Shown here piece by piece: positions 62,927 through 64,000 of a stretch of 64,000 bases of DNA. Every line of letters starts with the position of its first letter. Position 1 is the stretch's first letter. The stretch is from Escherichia phage ime: sequence record MN850576.1; one strand, 5' to 3'. A program made the position numbers and the translations under genes. The notes under the pieces were generated by a model. That model made no database searches, was not told the DNA's origin, and worked only from the letters and a program-made list of their open reading frames with translations.

Positions 62927-64000
62927 TTACCAAAGGTCGGTAGACATGAAGTTGATATCTTTATTGTTCTCCCACTCAAGTTTTGCATCAAATATTTTGT
63001 TAAACTCACCCTCATCTATTGAAATCGTGATTTTCCCATCACTGATCTCTAAAGGTAGCATTTCCATAGTTCTTAATTGAGAAGCAAAACCAGGGCCACC
63101 CGGCAACGGAAGAGTCCCGCCAGGTAAGGTGTCCAAAGGATTAACAAACCCGTTACCTCCCGATATGATATCTTTGCGAATCATATCGCTGATAGTATCC
63201 AGCTGCTGATTTCTTTCACTTAGTGGGTTGTAACGGTCATTAAATAATTCCCCGGCGCTTAGTATTGTACCGATAATGCCCAGCTTACCGAGCAGACCAA
63301 CTTTGCCACCAGGTGTCTTGAGGCCACCCCCACCTTTTCCTGCCGGAGCTCCACCACCAGATCCTTCTGTAGTAGCGGCACCCGCTGCTCCAGCTGCACC
63401 CCTTAGAGAGTTAAGGAATTTAAAGGTTTTTACAAGCATGGATGCCATGACAAAACCTTTTGTTAGGGCGTTGACTACCAGCATGATGGCAGCAGCAAAC
63501 CCTGCCCATTTAGCATAGCTAAAGGTGTCATGAAGCTCTTCAGAATATTCCTTCGTCTTAGCTGTTATGAATCCCCATTTAATCCCCCATTCAAGGAAAA
63601 ACATGCGGATCTTGACTATAGTGTTGTTTAGTTCACCAACTGCCCAGTTAAGGCCTCTCACAAACCCGCTAACAAAATCACCAGAGGCATCCCACACAAA
63701 TTGCAGAGTCTCACCAGTGCGGATTAGTGTATAATAGAACTCTGTTAGTTCGTCAGACCAACGGGTGAACAGTTTCTGACGAGTCAGTTCGATGAAGGTT
63801 TTCAGTCTGTTTTCTGCCAGCACGTTAGACTTCTGCATTCTTTCATAACCAGCTGCAGATGCCTCGTTCATGTACTTAGCCACATACTTCATGATCTTGG
63901 CTGTTTTAACCTCACCTTTCTTCATCATGTCCATGAACTGATCCATGGAGAGTTCAGAAAGACCAAAAGCCTCTTTGGTGGCCTTGATAAAAGGTTCGTA
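62927..64000 (-). CDS. putative tape measure protein, C-terminal part (5' end beyond window)
   Basis: Frame stays open through the window edge, so the ORF-track start at 63946 is an internal Met; hydrophobic segment followed by a Gly-rich region is typical of tape-measure C-termini. Confidence 0.45.
   Translation of the reverse strand, partial: YEPFIKATKEAFGLSELSMDQFMDMMKKGEVKTAKIMKYVAKYMNEASAAGYERMQKSNVLAENRLKTFIELTRQKLFTRWSDELTEFYYTLIRTGETLQFVWDASGDFVSGFVRGLNWAVGELNNTIVKIRMFFLEWGIKWGFITAKTKEYSEELHDTFSYAKWAGFAAAIMLVVNALTKGFVMASMLVKTFKFLNSLRGAAGAAGAATTEGSGGGAPAGKGGGGLKTPGGKVGLLGKLGIIGTILSAGELFNDRYNPLSERNQQLDTISDMIRKDIISGGNGFVNPLDTLPGGTLPLPGGPGFASQLRTMEMLPLEISDGKITISIDEGEFNKIFDAKLEWENNKDINFMSTDLW

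Noticed and set aside
1-64000. CRISPR arrays, tRNA or rRNA genes
   Set aside because: No regularly spaced direct repeats and no intergenic region with cloverleaf-compatible sequence. Nearly all gaps are under 110 nt and are accounted for by terminator hairpins or promoters.
1-64000. Integrase, excisionase or attachment sites indicating a prophage boundary
   Set aside because: No tyrosine or serine recombinase motifs and no host-like genes in the window; it appears to be internal phage sequence.

Overview
This window reads as a tailed-phage (caudovirus) genome segment with three transcriptional blocks. (1) 1-23433, minus strand: early/replication genes, including an SSB-like protein, a T7 gp4-like primase-helicase, a family A DNA polymerase interrupted by an intron-like element that carries an HNH homing endonuclease, two DNA methyltransferases, a Dda/Pif1-like helicase, a GHKL ATPase, a SleB-like wall hydrolase and a MoxR-like AAA+ ATPase. 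(2) 23510-30544, plus strand: a cassette starting at back-to-back sigma70-like promoters, with a metallopeptidase-VWA protein, a tandem array of four small paralogs and a HAD-like hydrolase. (3) 30592-64000, minus strand: late tail module with a partial tape-measure-like protein, baseplate-like proteins (gpD/gpV/gpW/gpJ/gpI-like), a lambda J-like tip protein, several very large fibre or spike proteins, and duplicated tail-fibre genes with a Tfa chaperone. Rho-independent terminators of two conserved hairpin types punctuate the minus-strand operons. No tRNA, rRNA, CRISPR array or integrase was found. All calls rest on reading the six-frame translations and motifs by eye; no database search was run, and the phage-protein comparisons (T7 gp5, lambda J, P2 gpV and others) are recalled from memory.
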